Source: Verrucomicrobiota bacterium (GTDB lineage: Bacteria > Verrucomicrobiota > Verrucomicrobiia > Limisphaerales > CANJXF01). From it: a stretch of 64,000 bases of DNA. Position 1 is the stretch's first letter. Each line of letters opens with the position of its first letter. The position numbers and the translations under genes are program-made. Positions 48,972-58,530 of the stretch are shown here, piece by piece. The notes below the pieces were generated by a model. The model was not told the origin of the DNA. It worked only from the letters and a program-made list of their open reading frames with translations, and searched no databases. The DNA is taken from assembly GCA_038214755.1 (NCBI GenBank), contig JBBQRQ010000003.1, positions 32,001 through 96,000 on the forward strand, written 5' to 3'.

Positions 48972-50333
48972 CTACATCTTCGCAATGATGTTGTCGCCAA
49001 ACTCGGAGCATTTAATTTCGGTCGCGCCTTCCATCTGTCGCGCGAAATCGTAGGTGACGCGCTTGGAAGCAATCGCGCCATTGAGTCCTTTGATGATGAG
49101 ATCGGCGGCTTCGGTCCAGCCCATGTATCGCAACATCATTTCGCCGGAAAGAACGACTGAGCCGGGATTGACGCGGTCTTGATTCGCATATTTCGGGGCG
49201 GTGCCGTGCGTCGCTTCGAAAATGGCGTGACCGGTGACGTAATTGATATTCCCGCCGGGTGCGATGCCAATTCCACCGACCTGCGCGGCGAGCGCATCGC
49301 TCAAATAATCGCCATTCAAATTCAACGTGGCGATGACATCAAACTCTTCCGGTCGCGTAAGAACCTGCTGCAAGACGATGTCGGCGATGGCGTCTTTGAT
49401 GAGCACCGCGCCATTCTTCAAAGCGGCTTTCTGTTCATCATTGGCGGCGGCTTCACCTTTTTCCTTTTTGGTTTTTTCCCATTTTGCCCAGGTATAAACT
49501 TTGTCGCCGAAAATCCGTTCCGCGGCGGAATAACCCCAATCACGAAATGCGCCTTCGGTATATTTCATGATGTTTCCTTTGTGAACGATGGTGACGCTTT
49601 TGCGTTTGAACTTCAGCGCGTATTCGACGGCCGCTTTGACCAGACGAATCGTGCCGATATTTGAAACGGGTTTGATACCAATGCCGACTTGCACAGGAAT
49701 GTGCGAAGTGTCGTGATCCGGCGAAGCGAGTTTCATGTACTCGGCGATTTTCTCTTTGGTGCCAAAACGAATTTTGCTGAAATCCTTTGGAAATTCCTTG
49801 GCGAGAAAGCCCAAAACCTTTTGCGCTTCGGGCGAACCTCCGACGTATTCGATGCCCGCGTAAATGTCTTCCGTGTTCTCGCGGAAGATGGTCATGTCCA
49901 CTTTTTCGGGATGTTTCACGGGCGAGGGAACGCCGGTAAAATATTGCACCGGGCGCAGGCAAACATAGAGATCAAGCATTTGGCGCAAGGCCACATTAAG
50001 CGAGCGAATGCCTCCGCCAACCGGCGTGGTCAGCGGGCCTTTGATGCCGACGAGAAATTCCTTGAAGGCTTCAACAGTATCATCGGGCAGCCAGTTATTA
50101 AATTTTTTGAAAGAAGTTTCGCCAGCGAAAACTTCAAACCAGGAAATTCTTTTGTTGCCGCCGTAAGCTTTGAGAACCGCAGCGTTAAAAACGCGTTCGC
50201 TGGCCGCCCAAATATCCGGCCCAGTGCCGTCACCGCGAATGAATGGGATAACGGGATTTTCGGGAACGTTCAGCTTGCCGTTGGCGATGGTGATTTTATT
50301 TCCGGCGGGCGGGGTGATGTTTTGGTAGGGCAT
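48972..50333 (-). CDS. icd: NADP-dependent isocitrate dehydrogenase
   Basis: [62 protein letters not shown]. Confidence 0.97.
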   Translation of the reverse strand: MPYQNITPPAGNKITIANGKLNVPENPVIPFIRGDGTGPDIWAASERVFNAAVLKAYGGNKRISWFEVFAGETSFKKFNNWLPDDTVEAFKEFLVGIKGPLTTPVGGGIRSLNVALRQMLDLYVCLRPVQYFTGVPSPVKHPEKVDMTIFRENTEDIYAGIEYVGGSPEAQKVLGFLAKEFPKDFSKIRFGTKEKIAEYMKLASPDHDTSHIPVQVGIGIKPVSNIGTIRLVKAAVEYALKFKRKSVTIVHKGNIMKYTEGAFRDWGYSAAERIFGDKVYTWAKWEKTKKEKGEAAANDEQKAALKNGAVLIKDAIADIVLQQVLTRPEEFDVIATLNLNGDYLSDALAAQVGGIGIAPGGNINYVTGHAIFEATHGTAPKYANQDRVNPGSVVLSGEMMLRYMGWTEAADLIIKGLNGAIASKRVTYDFARQMEGATEIKCSEFGDNIIAKM

Positions 50334-50426
50334 AAATTAAATTTTGGCCGAAAGGAAAATGGGGGTGGCAGAGGAAAGCAAGGAAAGAAACTTGCTGGCA
50401 ACGCCGCCAACAATTAACTTTCCAAC

Positions 50427-50774
50427 GTGACGCTGGAACTGATCGATTTGGACACGCTCAAGGAAGCAGCCATCAAAAAGTTTGACGCCTCGGTTGCGCA
50501 CCAGGCGGAGGGAGGTTCCATGGATCGAGAGGTGGCCCAACTTCAGGCGGAATTTGAGCAAATTTATCGAGTCGTCGTGTTGCTTCAGAAGAATGAACCA
50601 AATATGGAGCGAGTGGCAGAGATCTGGAGCAAAATGGTCACAGTCTGCGATGAATTCGCGCGACGGCTTTCCGACTGGGCCGGAAAACATCCCGCCTCCC
50701 GCGCGCCCTATGATCGAATTCTGGACATGCGCAATGCAGCGGAGGAGCGTTACCAACTCCACCGGCGCGCATGA
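50427..50774 (+). CDS. Hypothetical helical protein
   Basis: 115-aa ORF coupled (ATGA) to the next ORF. Confidence 0.6.
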   Translation: MTLELIDLDTLKEAAIKKFDASVAHQAEGGSMDREVAQLQAEFEQIYRVVVLLQKNEPNMERVAEIWSKMVTVCDEFARRLSDWAGKHPASRAPYDRILDMRNAAEERYQLHRRA

Positions 50775-50989
50775 TTCCAGCCGGGCAAATCGCGCGGCTC
50801 GCCGAACTCTACGACCGCTACAATAATGCGCTTGACCCGGTTTCCCGCGATTGCAAGGAAGCTAAACTGGAATTTGACGAATTGGCGGACAGCCTGTTCG
50901 CGACTCATGCCTCGGATGTAAAATTCATCGACTTTCGTTACGAGCTTGTCTCGCGTTGTCGGGAATATTTGCGAAAGAATCGGGCGTGA
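50771..50989 (+). CDS. Hypothetical small protein
   Basis: 72-aa ORF overlapping the previous stop. Confidence 0.6.
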   Translation: MIPAGQIARLAELYDRYNNALDPVSRDCKEAKLEFDELADSLFATHASDVKFIDFRYELVSRCREYLRKNRA

Positions 50990-51112
50990 AGTTTGAGCGG
51001 GACTATCCTTGCAACGCACCGGAGAATATTTTTACCGACATAACTGCGACAAATTCTTCGAGCTGCTTCTTCCGCATCAGAGTGGAGTAATTGCGGGAAT
51101 TCAAAAGACGAC

Positions 51113-51355
51113 TTAAGCCGGCTTGCGCGTTCTGCGCGAAAGCATTTCCACGCGGCCAACGTGTTCGTAGGGAATTAGATTCAAACCGCCAGGGACGCCT
51201 TCGGGTAATTCGGTAGCGACGACGATCATATCGGAGCCAACGAGGATGAAATCCGGATGCGGGACCCGCAAAGTTTTACCATTGGCCAGATGCAATCGAA
51301 ATGGCTTGAAGGGCCTGGTCCGAACCCGGTCGCGCACTTCTTTCGGCGTGAACAT
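51113..51355 (-). CDS. Small hypothetical protein (RPFxPFRLHLxxG type)
   Basis: RPFKPFRLHLANGKTLRVPHPDF, a pattern recalled from PVC-group small proteins. Confidence 0.7.
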   Translation of the reverse strand: MFTPKEVRDRVRTRPFKPFRLHLANGKTLRVPHPDFILVGSDMIVVATELPEGVPGGLNLIPYEHVGRVEMLSRRTRKPA

Positions 51356-51461
51356 GGAATTAAGATAAGCGGTTAAGAAAAACGCTCAATCGTTTTGGAA
51401 AAACTTTATTCAGTGAGTTCTCTCCCAGTTGAAGAATATTCAGCTATGACCTTCAACCAAT

Positions 51462-51698
51462 TTATTTGAGGCGTTTGACGGAGGGGATTTTGCGCTCGAA
51501 CTTCAATAATTCGTTTTCGAGCCGCAGTTCAAGTTTCTCCAGATCGTGGCGCTGCTTCTGGGCTAGCAATTAGATGGCAATAGCAAGATCACGCAGTTCA
51601 CGGCGAATTTCTTTAATCTCGGTTTTATTCTCGCGTGTGGCGTCAGCCAACGTCAACAAGTTGGTGAAATAATCGAACAGCTTTTTCCACAGGGTCAA
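51462..51698 (-). pseudogene. Small coiled-coil protein with in-frame TAA (51570-51572)
   Basis: LWKKLFDYF..EIKEIRRELRDLAIAI*LLAQKQRHDLEKLELRLENELLKFERKIP; TTG start overlaps the upstream stop. Confidence 0.5.
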
Positions 51699-51874
51699 GC
51701 GGCCTTCAATCCCGCGATTATTGTGCGGGTTTCACGTTTGAGCTTCTCGATTTCCGCCTGATCTTTTTTCATTTGTTGAAAGACTTTGGTCAATGCAGCC
51801 TCGCATTTCGCAATGCCGGATTCGATTTGCGAAGCCTCGTCATCGCTCAACTTAATTTCCACTGTCTTTTGCAT
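51695..51874 (-). CDS. Hypothetical 59-aa protein (not in the ORF track)
   Basis: MQKTVEIKLSDDEASQIESGIAKCEAALTKVFQQMKKDQAEIEKLKRETRTIIAGLKAA. Confidence 0.55.
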   Translation of the reverse strand: MQKTVEIKLSDDEASQIESGIAKCEAALTKVFQQMKKDQAEIEKLKRETRTIIAGLKAA

Positions 51875-51918
51875 AACGACTATTTAACTCAAAATGTAAT
51901 TTCTACAAAACGCTTTGT

Positions 51919-53910
51919 TTACGCCACGGCGATCAATCCGATTCTATTTTCATGGTTCGCGGCAAACTGCTCTTTCACCCGCGCAATCGTATTCGCCACC
52001 GTCAACCCATGTTTCTCACGGAGATAATCCACCGACGACGCGTGCTCGATGAAAACATCCGGCCAGCCGATGCGCACCACTGGCGTTGCGATTCGTCTGT
52101 CCGCGAGCGTTTCCAAAACGATGCTCCCGTAACCGCCCATGAGCGCGTGATCTTCCAACGTCACCACCAAATCCGCCGCGCGTGAGAAAAATTCCGTCGC
52201 CGCCGCGTCAATTGGTTTTGTGAACCGTGGGTTGATGATGGCGCAATCGTATCCATCCGCCACGAGTTGTTCTGCCGCTTTTTTGGCGAGCTTGAGCATG
52301 TTGCCCAAACCGAACAGCGCGACTTTTTTTCCGTTGTTGTTGGAAAAATTTTGAATGACTTCCGCTTTGCCGACTTCGAGAAGTTTCGGTTGCTCTTTCA
52401 CCGCGACTCCTTCACCCGCGCCGCGCGGATAACGAATAAACGTTGGGTGATTAACGTGCGTGCAAGTGAACATCATGTCCTGCAACTCGTCCTCGTCCTT
52501 CGGCGCCATCGCAATCACGTTCGGCAAACAACGAAGATATGCAATGTCGAAAAGCCCGTGATGAGTCGGCCCGTCGTTGGCGGAAAGTCCCGCGCGATCC
52601 ATGCAAAAAATCACCGGCAAATTTTGCAAACAAACATCGTGATGAATACAATCGTAGGCGCGTTGCAGGAACGTGGAATAAATTGCGCAGACCGGACGGA
52701 ATCCCATCGTCGCCATTCCCGCCGCGAAAATGACGCCATGTTCTTCGGCAATGCCGACATCGTAATAACGATGCGGCATTGCTTTTTCCAAATGTTTTAA
52801 ACCCGTTCCCGTGGGCATCGCGGCCGTGATTCCAACCACGGAATTATCTTTTTGGCAGAGCTTCACCATTGCCTGGCCAAACACATCCTGATAATTTGGC
52901 GGTGTTCCTGCCTTGGTCGCAGGGGTCGCGCCGGTCTTCGCATCGTAAGGTCCAAGCCCGTGAAATTTTTCCGGATGTTGCAGAGCGGCTTCAAAGCCTT
53001 TTCCCTTTTTCGTGAGAACGTGAATGACGATCGGCGTATCGCAAGTTTTCGCAAATTCCAAAACACTGATGAGCAAAGGCAGGTTGTGTCCATCAATCGG
53101 GCCGAAATAGCGGATGCCCAACTCCTCGAAAATCAAACTACTGCTCGCGCCGCCGCGTCCATCGGTGAGTTCTTTATTTGGATTCGGCTGCAAGGCGACA
53201 TCCGACAAAACACCCTTCAACGCTTCTTCCGCTTTGTGGCCGAGACGGACGGCGAGTTCGCCTTTCGCGCCCCATTTTTTCAACCAGCGTTCGAAATCAC
53301 TGTGCAACCGATTATAGCGCGGATTGGTGATGAGCTTGTTTAAATAATTTGAAATCGCGCCGACATTTTTTGCGATGCTCCACTCATTATCGTTGAGAAT
53401 GCCGATAAATTTTTTCGTGGTGTGCGCAATGTTGTTCAGCGCCTCAAAAGAAATTCCGTTCGTCAGCGCGGCGTCGCCAAAAATGCAAACCACATTTTCG
53501 TCTGTCCCTTTCTGGTCGCGCGCCGCGCACATGCCGAGCGCGGCGGACAACGACGTTCCCGCGTGACCCGCGCCGAAGCAGTCGTGTTCGCTCTCGGTGC
53601 GGAGCGCGAAACCGTTCAAGCCATTGGTCGTGCGGATGGTGTGAAAACGGTCTTTGCGTCCGGTCAAAAGTTTGTGGACATAAACCTGGTGGCTCACGTC
53701 CCAGACAAACTTGTCGCGCGGCGTGGAAAAAACTTTGTGCAACGCGATGGTCAACTCGACCACGCCAAGATTCGGACCGAGATGTCCACCGTTGGCCGCG
53801 AGTTTGGTGATGAGTTCGTAACGAACTTCTTCGGCCAGTTCCTGCAGTTGGGGCACTGTCAATTTTTTGACGTGCGATGGGTGATCGACCATTTCGAGAT
53901 ATCGGCTCAT
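51919..53910 (-). CDS. dxs: 1-deoxy-D-xylulose-5-phosphate synthase
   Basis: GGHLGPNLGVVELT, WDVSHQ, GHAGTS, LNDNEWSI, DVGIAEEH, IYSTFLQRAYD, DGPTHHG. Confidence 0.97.
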   Translation of the reverse strand: MSRYLEMVDHPSHVKKLTVPQLQELAEEVRYELITKLAANGGHLGPNLGVVELTIALHKVFSTPRDKFVWDVSHQVYVHKLLTGRKDRFHTIRTTNGLNGFALRTESEHDCFGAGHAGTSLSAALGMCAARDQKGTDENVVCIFGDAALTNGISFEALNNIAHTTKKFIGILNDNEWSIAKNVGAISNYLNKLITNPRYNRLHSDFERWLKKWGAKGELAVRLGHKAEEALKGVLSDVALQPNPNKELTDGRGGASSSLIFEELGIRYFGPIDGHNLPLLISVLEFAKTCDTPIVIHVLTKKGKGFEAALQHPEKFHGLGPYDAKTGATPATKAGTPPNYQDVFGQAMVKLCQKDNSVVGITAAMPTGTGLKHLEKAMPHRYYDVGIAEEHGVIFAAGMATMGFRPVCAIYSTFLQRAYDCIHHDVCLQNLPVIFCMDRAGLSANDGPTHHGLFDIAYLRCLPNVIAMAPKDEDELQDMMFTCTHVNHPTFIRYPRGAGEGVAVKEQPKLLEVGKAEVIQNFSNNNGKKVALFGLGNMLKLAKKAAEQLVADGYDCAIINPRFTKPIDAAATEFFSRAADLVVTLEDHALMGGYGSIVLETLADRRIATPVVRIGWPDVFIEHASSVDYLREKHGLTVANTIARVKEQFAANHENRIGLIAVA

Positions 53911-54049
53911 ATTTTTTTTGATTATGAATTACGGATTCCGCATGACGACGTAGCCGCCGACGTGAGGAGGCGGAGTTTTGCTTTTCCAGCCCGAATCCGC
54001 CTCCTCACGTCGGCGGCTGCCATTTATCATCGGCAAATTTTTTCGACAG

Positions 54050-54325
54050 TCATTCATCGTTGGAAACTTTTTCAAACTCCACTGGCTTGAGCGTCAGTTC
54101 GCCGGAAGAATTTTTTTCCAACTGTTGAATTTTCACTTCTGCTTCGGACAATTTCGTCTGACAAACCTTGGAGAGGCGAGTGCCTTCTTCAAATTTCGCC
54201 AGCAATGTTTCCAGCGGCAAATCCTCGCCTTCCATCGACTCGACGATGGCTTCAAGTTTTTTCAACGCCTCTTCAAAAGGCATCTCTCCATTGCTGCTAA
54301 GTACATTTTTTGCCGGTTTCGACAT
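54050..54325 (-). CDS. xseB: Exodeoxyribonuclease VII small subunit
   Basis: FEEALKKLEAIVESME..LPLE..FEEG..C..KL..AE. Confidence 0.95.
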   Translation of the reverse strand: MSKPAKNVLSSNGEMPFEEALKKLEAIVESMEGEDLPLETLLAKFEEGTRLSKVCQTKLSEAEVKIQQLEKNSSGELTLKPVEFEKVSNDE

Positions 54326-54401
54326 GGCCGGAACTTAGATGAATCTTTTTCGCGCGTCCAGTTTGTTGTCAAAACCCCTGCGATCGGTTTCGGAACGATT
54401 G

Positions 54402-55060
54402 TTATGACAGCCCAGCCGGGTCCAATTTCTTTCGATCCAACATTTCCACTCCTTTGATAGTGTTGAGAACCTTTACCGCCTGCCCTGGCCGGGCAAGAGG
54501 GAGGTTGCGGAAGTAAATCGGACGAACTCCAAAGGCGAGAATGATGACTTCTGTATCCGACTTTAGTTGGCCATTGGATGTTGCGACATTGAACCCTGCT
54601 TTTTTGAGAGCGTCGGCTGGTTCAATTGACACCGGCTTGGTTTCGAACGCCGACATGCCGTGATCCGAGCTAAAAACAATTACCGTCTCTTCGTAGATCC
54701 TTTGCTCCTTCAATCCGCGAACCAACCGGCCAATCGCTGCGTCAATTTCCAGCACGGCGCGTTTGACCTGGTCACTGCGTGGCCCATAACTATGTCCGGC
54801 ATGATCGGTTACTCCCTAGATCGCCGCTACGAACCGTGCTTTCTTTTTTTTCAATAGGTCCAGAATGGCGGTGGTAGTTGCTTCGCTGTTATCGTAACCG
54901 GCAGTGAGATAGATATCGAACCTCTCTTCTCCAGCATAAAATGATTTACCGCCGCCGTAGTCCAACCTGCTTTGTGAAGCGTCTCTGCGATGGTTTCGGC
55001 TTTATTGTCGCGCGGATATTCCACGATCTTATCCAACTCCTTTACGTACTGAGAATTGGC
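54402..55060 (-). pseudogene. Fragmented alkaline phosphatase/nucleotide pyrophosphatase-family gene
   Basis: ETIAETLHKAGWTTAAVN in one frame; DHAGHSYGP..IDAAIGRLV..IVFSSDHGM in another; no intact 5' end. Confidence 0.7.
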
Positions 55061-55101
55061 GGCAATACGGCAGATGCAATCCTGTGCTACAAGGTGACCT
55101 A

Positions 55102-56145
55102 TTATTTTTTTAAAGTCCTATCAAAGAAGTCGCCGATCATTTGGGTCAACTCGTTGCGATCCGGTTGTGGCGTTCCACCTTCAGGTTTGAAGCTGTGACC
55201 CGCATTCTTAACTACGACAAGCGTCGAATCTACTCCGGCAGTCTTGAGACGTTCGTGCAGTTTTTCTGATTGGCTCAACGGCACCACACGGTCGCTGTCA
55301 CCGTGCAAAATTAAAAAGGGCGGGTCATCTTTAGTGATGTAGGCGACCGGGCTGGCGCGCTTCATCACTTTATCCGCGTTCGACGACGCGCCGAATACCG
55401 TTTGGGCAACGCGGGAGTTGCCGCCCGGAAACTCCACCGTTAAATCCGCCGGTCCGAACATGTCCACCACCGCCTGCACGCGACTCGATTGTTCCGCCCA
55501 ACCACCCTTTCCTTCAAGGCCGGCGCTCGCATCGCTGGTGCCAAGCAACGCCACCAGATGGCCTCCGGCACTGCCGCCCCAAACACCGATACGGTTTGGA
55601 TCAAGGTTGTAGTCGTTGGTATGAGCGCGAAGAAATCGAATGGCGCATTTTACATCCTCAATCTGCGCGGGAAATTTGTGAGCAGGGGCGAGACGGTAAT
55701 TGACGGAGGCAACCAGGTAACCTCGCTTGACCAACTCACCGATTGCCATAGCACCAGCACCCGAACCTTTATCTCCATTTTGCCAGCCGCCGCCATGCAC
55801 ATAGACGGTCACGGGAAGTTTGCCTTCTCTTTTCCTGGGAAAATAAAGGTCGAGCTTCAACTCGACCTCGTCTGCTTTTCCGTAAGTCACTTCGCGTTCA
55901 ATTTTGCGGGCATCCACCGCGAGAGCGGCAAGACCAGCGCGTCGATTGGGTCGAGCGGCCGGTTCTCCTGGGGAATTGGTCGTCGCTCCGTCAATTTCTG
56001 ATTCAGATTTGCGCGGCGGAAGATTAGTGGAAGAAGCGGATGATTTCTCAGTGGGCTGCGGTGTTTTGTCTTCGGCAATGGTGGTTGAGCCTGCGAGCAA
56101 AAGAGCGCAAGCAAATAAAACGAAGGAGATAGAAATGGCTTTCAT
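55102..56145 (-). CDS. Secreted alpha/beta hydrolase (esterase/lipase)
   Basis: Signal peptide, HGGGW, NYRL, GGSAGGHL, LHGDSDRVVP, AGHSF. Confidence 0.92.
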   Translation of the reverse strand: MKAISISFVLFACALLLAGSTTIAEDKTPQPTEKSSASSTNLPPRKSESEIDGATTNSPGEPAARPNRRAGLAALAVDARKIEREVTYGKADEVELKLDLYFPRKREGKLPVTVYVHGGGWQNGDKGSGAGAMAIGELVKRGYLVASVNYRLAPAHKFPAQIEDVKCAIRFLRAHTNDYNLDPNRIGVWGGSAGGHLVALLGTSDASAGLEGKGGWAEQSSRVQAVVDMFGPADLTVEFPGGNSRVAQTVFGASSNADKVMKRASPVAYITKDDPPFLILHGDSDRVVPLSQSEKLHERLKTAGVDSTLVVVKNAGHSFKPEGGTPQPDRNELTQMIGDFFDRTLKK

Positions 56146-56482
56146 AGGCAGTCGGGTAAAGAGACGACAACGCGCGCGAAAACGTTACGTAATAAATCCA
56201 GCGGACACACACACTGCATCGGACATTTTCTGCATGGCAGGAAATCGATCCCTGCGTTCGTGAGAGACTACTCTGTCTCATAATTGTAGCCGCCGACGTG
56301 AGGAGGCGGACTTCGGCGTCTATCAACTGGAATCCGCCTCCCCACGTCGGCGGCTACAGCACTGTCACGAAGACATCGTTATCTCCGCATCCTGAAAAAC
56401 CTGGCTTGATCTGCGCCTAAGCGTTTGATTGCATCCACAAAAAATTGTCAGCGAAAGGCGAGCCTGCCGGAATGAAGTTGGA

Positions 56483-57373
56483 CTACGGAGCTTGAAGGTT
56501 TCGCGAGCCGTTGGTGTTAACAGTGACTTGAGTATAAAACGGAACCCCTCGTATATCCCATTTTGTATTCATACGAAACGCTAGTTTAGCGAAAAATTGT
56601 CCGTTTCTCGCGGTGAGATAATATGTCCCTTGGTGCTGGGCTCTCCAAGGTTCAATTCCAGGTCCGTATTCCCATGATAGGGTTTGCTCGTAGCCATTTT
56701 CCGGTGCCAGCAACATAAACTCTAACTGATCTTCCGCAGCCGCCACGAGTCCCCCGTGTGAAACTTGAATGCTCAACTTCCACGGAAATCTCTTTTCTTC
56801 GCTGTATGGCTCAGGACAGAAAATTGAAATAACCAAATCTCCGTTTTGATTCACCGATTGTCCTGTGGATAAATCAATCTGCACTGGCTCTCCATTATTA
56901 GGTGCGCCCCACCACCTGGAAAATTTAAAGAATGAATCCTCAATTTGTTTTTTTGTGAGTTTAAAAATCACTGGTTCCGAAAAGTTTGGTTGATGAATTG
57001 GGTCGCTTCCAACAGGTCCGTATTGAAATCTCTGCGGGGGCGGATTGATGTAGTTCGTGCTGCCAGTCACCGTCACCATGACCTGCTGGCCCCACGGAAT
57101 ATGCAAGTCAAAACGCCCGTCAACATCAGAGGTCGTCTGGACTATTTCTCGGTGTTGAGTTTGGGTGGGAGAACTAATCAAGCCATTGGCTTCAACACTG
57201 GCACCTGAAACGGTGTTGGATTTTTCATCAATCACGAGTCCATAAAAAACTAATTCTTCCGTCAACTTAACCTTTGAGGGCTTTCCCACTGGAGATACTT
57301 GATACGCCCAAACTAGAACACCGCCAGCGACCAGAAGCAGAAGATTAAAAACCAAAAGAGTTTTGCGCTTCAT
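56483..57373 (-). CDS. Membrane-anchored putative immunity protein, paralogue 3
   Basis: N-terminal TM; FYG.V.D, DL.TG, GDLVISI.C.EPY, WD.RGVPF, VNTN.SR shared with the other two paralogues. Confidence 0.75.
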   Translation of the reverse strand: MKRKTLLVFNLLLLVAGGVLVWAYQVSPVGKPSKVKLTEELVFYGLVIDEKSNTVSGASVEANGLISSPTQTQHREIVQTTSDVDGRFDLHIPWGQQVMVTVTGSTNYINPPPQRFQYGPVGSDPIHQPNFSEPVIFKLTKKQIEDSFFKFSRWWGAPNNGEPVQIDLSTGQSVNQNGDLVISIFCPEPYSEEKRFPWKLSIQVSHGGLVAAAEDQLEFMLLAPENGYEQTLSWEYGPGIEPWRAQHQGTYYLTARNGQFFAKLAFRMNTKWDIRGVPFYTQVTVNTNGSRNLQAP

Positions 57374-57380
57374 CCCAGTC

Positions 57381-58526
57381 TCAAGGCTCCAAATGCAAAT
57401 AACGCGAAGCATTCGTGTTAACAACGGCACGAATGCCAAAGGGTACTCCGCGCTCATCCCAATACGTGTTCATGGTAATCCGCAATTTTGCGTAAATTTG
57501 GCCGTTGCGGCTTGTTAAATAATAAAGGCCATCGTGCTGTCGTTTATATTCCGGGGTGTCAGGTCCGTATTCGACTTGAAAACCGTTTTCGTACGCGGTT
57601 GCTGGCGCTTCCAACATATTTTCAATGCGTTGATCGACGGGATGCGCTTGGATGAGTCCTCCGTTTTCAACACGCACGGATAAAGACCACGGGGTTTTCT
57701 TGGAGTTGTCGTAACGTTCAGGACAATTTATCGACACGATCAGATCACCGCCGGTCGCGACAATTGTTCCGGTCGTTAAATCAAACCGCACCGGCGTTCC
57801 TTCATGTGGAAGCCCTTGTCCCATAGAAAAACTAAATAATGATTCAGACGTTTTTTTCTCGTGGAGAATAAAAGTGACTGGATCGGCAGGGTTGGGAATG
57901 TGTTTTGGGGAAGAGGTATCGTTGTTTCCGTAATGAAATACCTGAAAAGGAGCATCGATGTATCCGTTTTTTTTGACCTTGATGGTGAGTTGCTGCCCCC
58001 AATCTTCTTCCACCGAGAAACTGCCGTCGCTCGCTGATAACAAGTGATTCTTTTTCTGCTCCGCATTTTTTCCGGGAACCATGACTAGCGTCATCGTTTC
58101 GACGGAAGCTCCCGCAATCCCATTACTCATATTATCAAGGACACGACCATAAAAGCTGAGATGACTTTCCAAAACATCGGTCGGCTTCACTGGTTTGGGG
58201 ACTTTTGGCTCGGCGAACAGAGTTGCTTCAAGTTGCTCCGCTGAAATTTGCATCGTGGGCGGAATGAAAGCGCTTTTTTCCACGCCATTTTTCATCACCC
58301 GAACAATTCGCCCTGTTGCGGTCAGTTGATCAGAGAGAATTTCAAATCGGTTCGATGCCGCGGCTTCACTTTGGGCCAATAGGGAATTCGAGGCTATGGC
58401 TGGTCGATTATTATTTCCAGAAACAATTGGAATCTGTCCTTCCTTTCTAATACTGTCCACCACCCTGAAAACGAAGGGAAAAAGCACCAGTAATAAAACC
58501 AACAATAAAATTTTACTTTTTTTCAT
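57381..58526 (-). CDS. Membrane-anchored putative immunity protein, paralogue 2
   Basis: Same motifs; directly downstream of a hydrolase ORF. Confidence 0.75.
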   Translation of the reverse strand: MKKSKILLLVLLLVLFPFVFRVVDSIRKEGQIPIVSGNNNRPAIASNSLLAQSEAAASNRFEILSDQLTATGRIVRVMKNGVEKSAFIPPTMQISAEQLEATLFAEPKVPKPVKPTDVLESHLSFYGRVLDNMSNGIAGASVETMTLVMVPGKNAEQKKNHLLSASDGSFSVEEDWGQQLTIKVKKNGYIDAPFQVFHYGNNDTSSPKHIPNPADPVTFILHEKKTSESLFSFSMGQGLPHEGTPVRFDLTTGTIVATGGDLIVSINCPERYDNSKKTPWSLSVRVENGGLIQAHPVDQRIENMLEAPATAYENGFQVEYGPDTPEYKRQHDGLYYLTSRNGQIYAKLRITMNTYWDERGVPFGIRAVVNTNASRYLHLEP

Positions 58527-58530
58527 TTCG

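Noticed and set aside
3501..56357. CRISPR array from recurring 25-30 bp palindromes
   Set aside because: Copies are dispersed inverted doublets, not regularly spaced direct repeats with unique spacers, and there are no cas genes.
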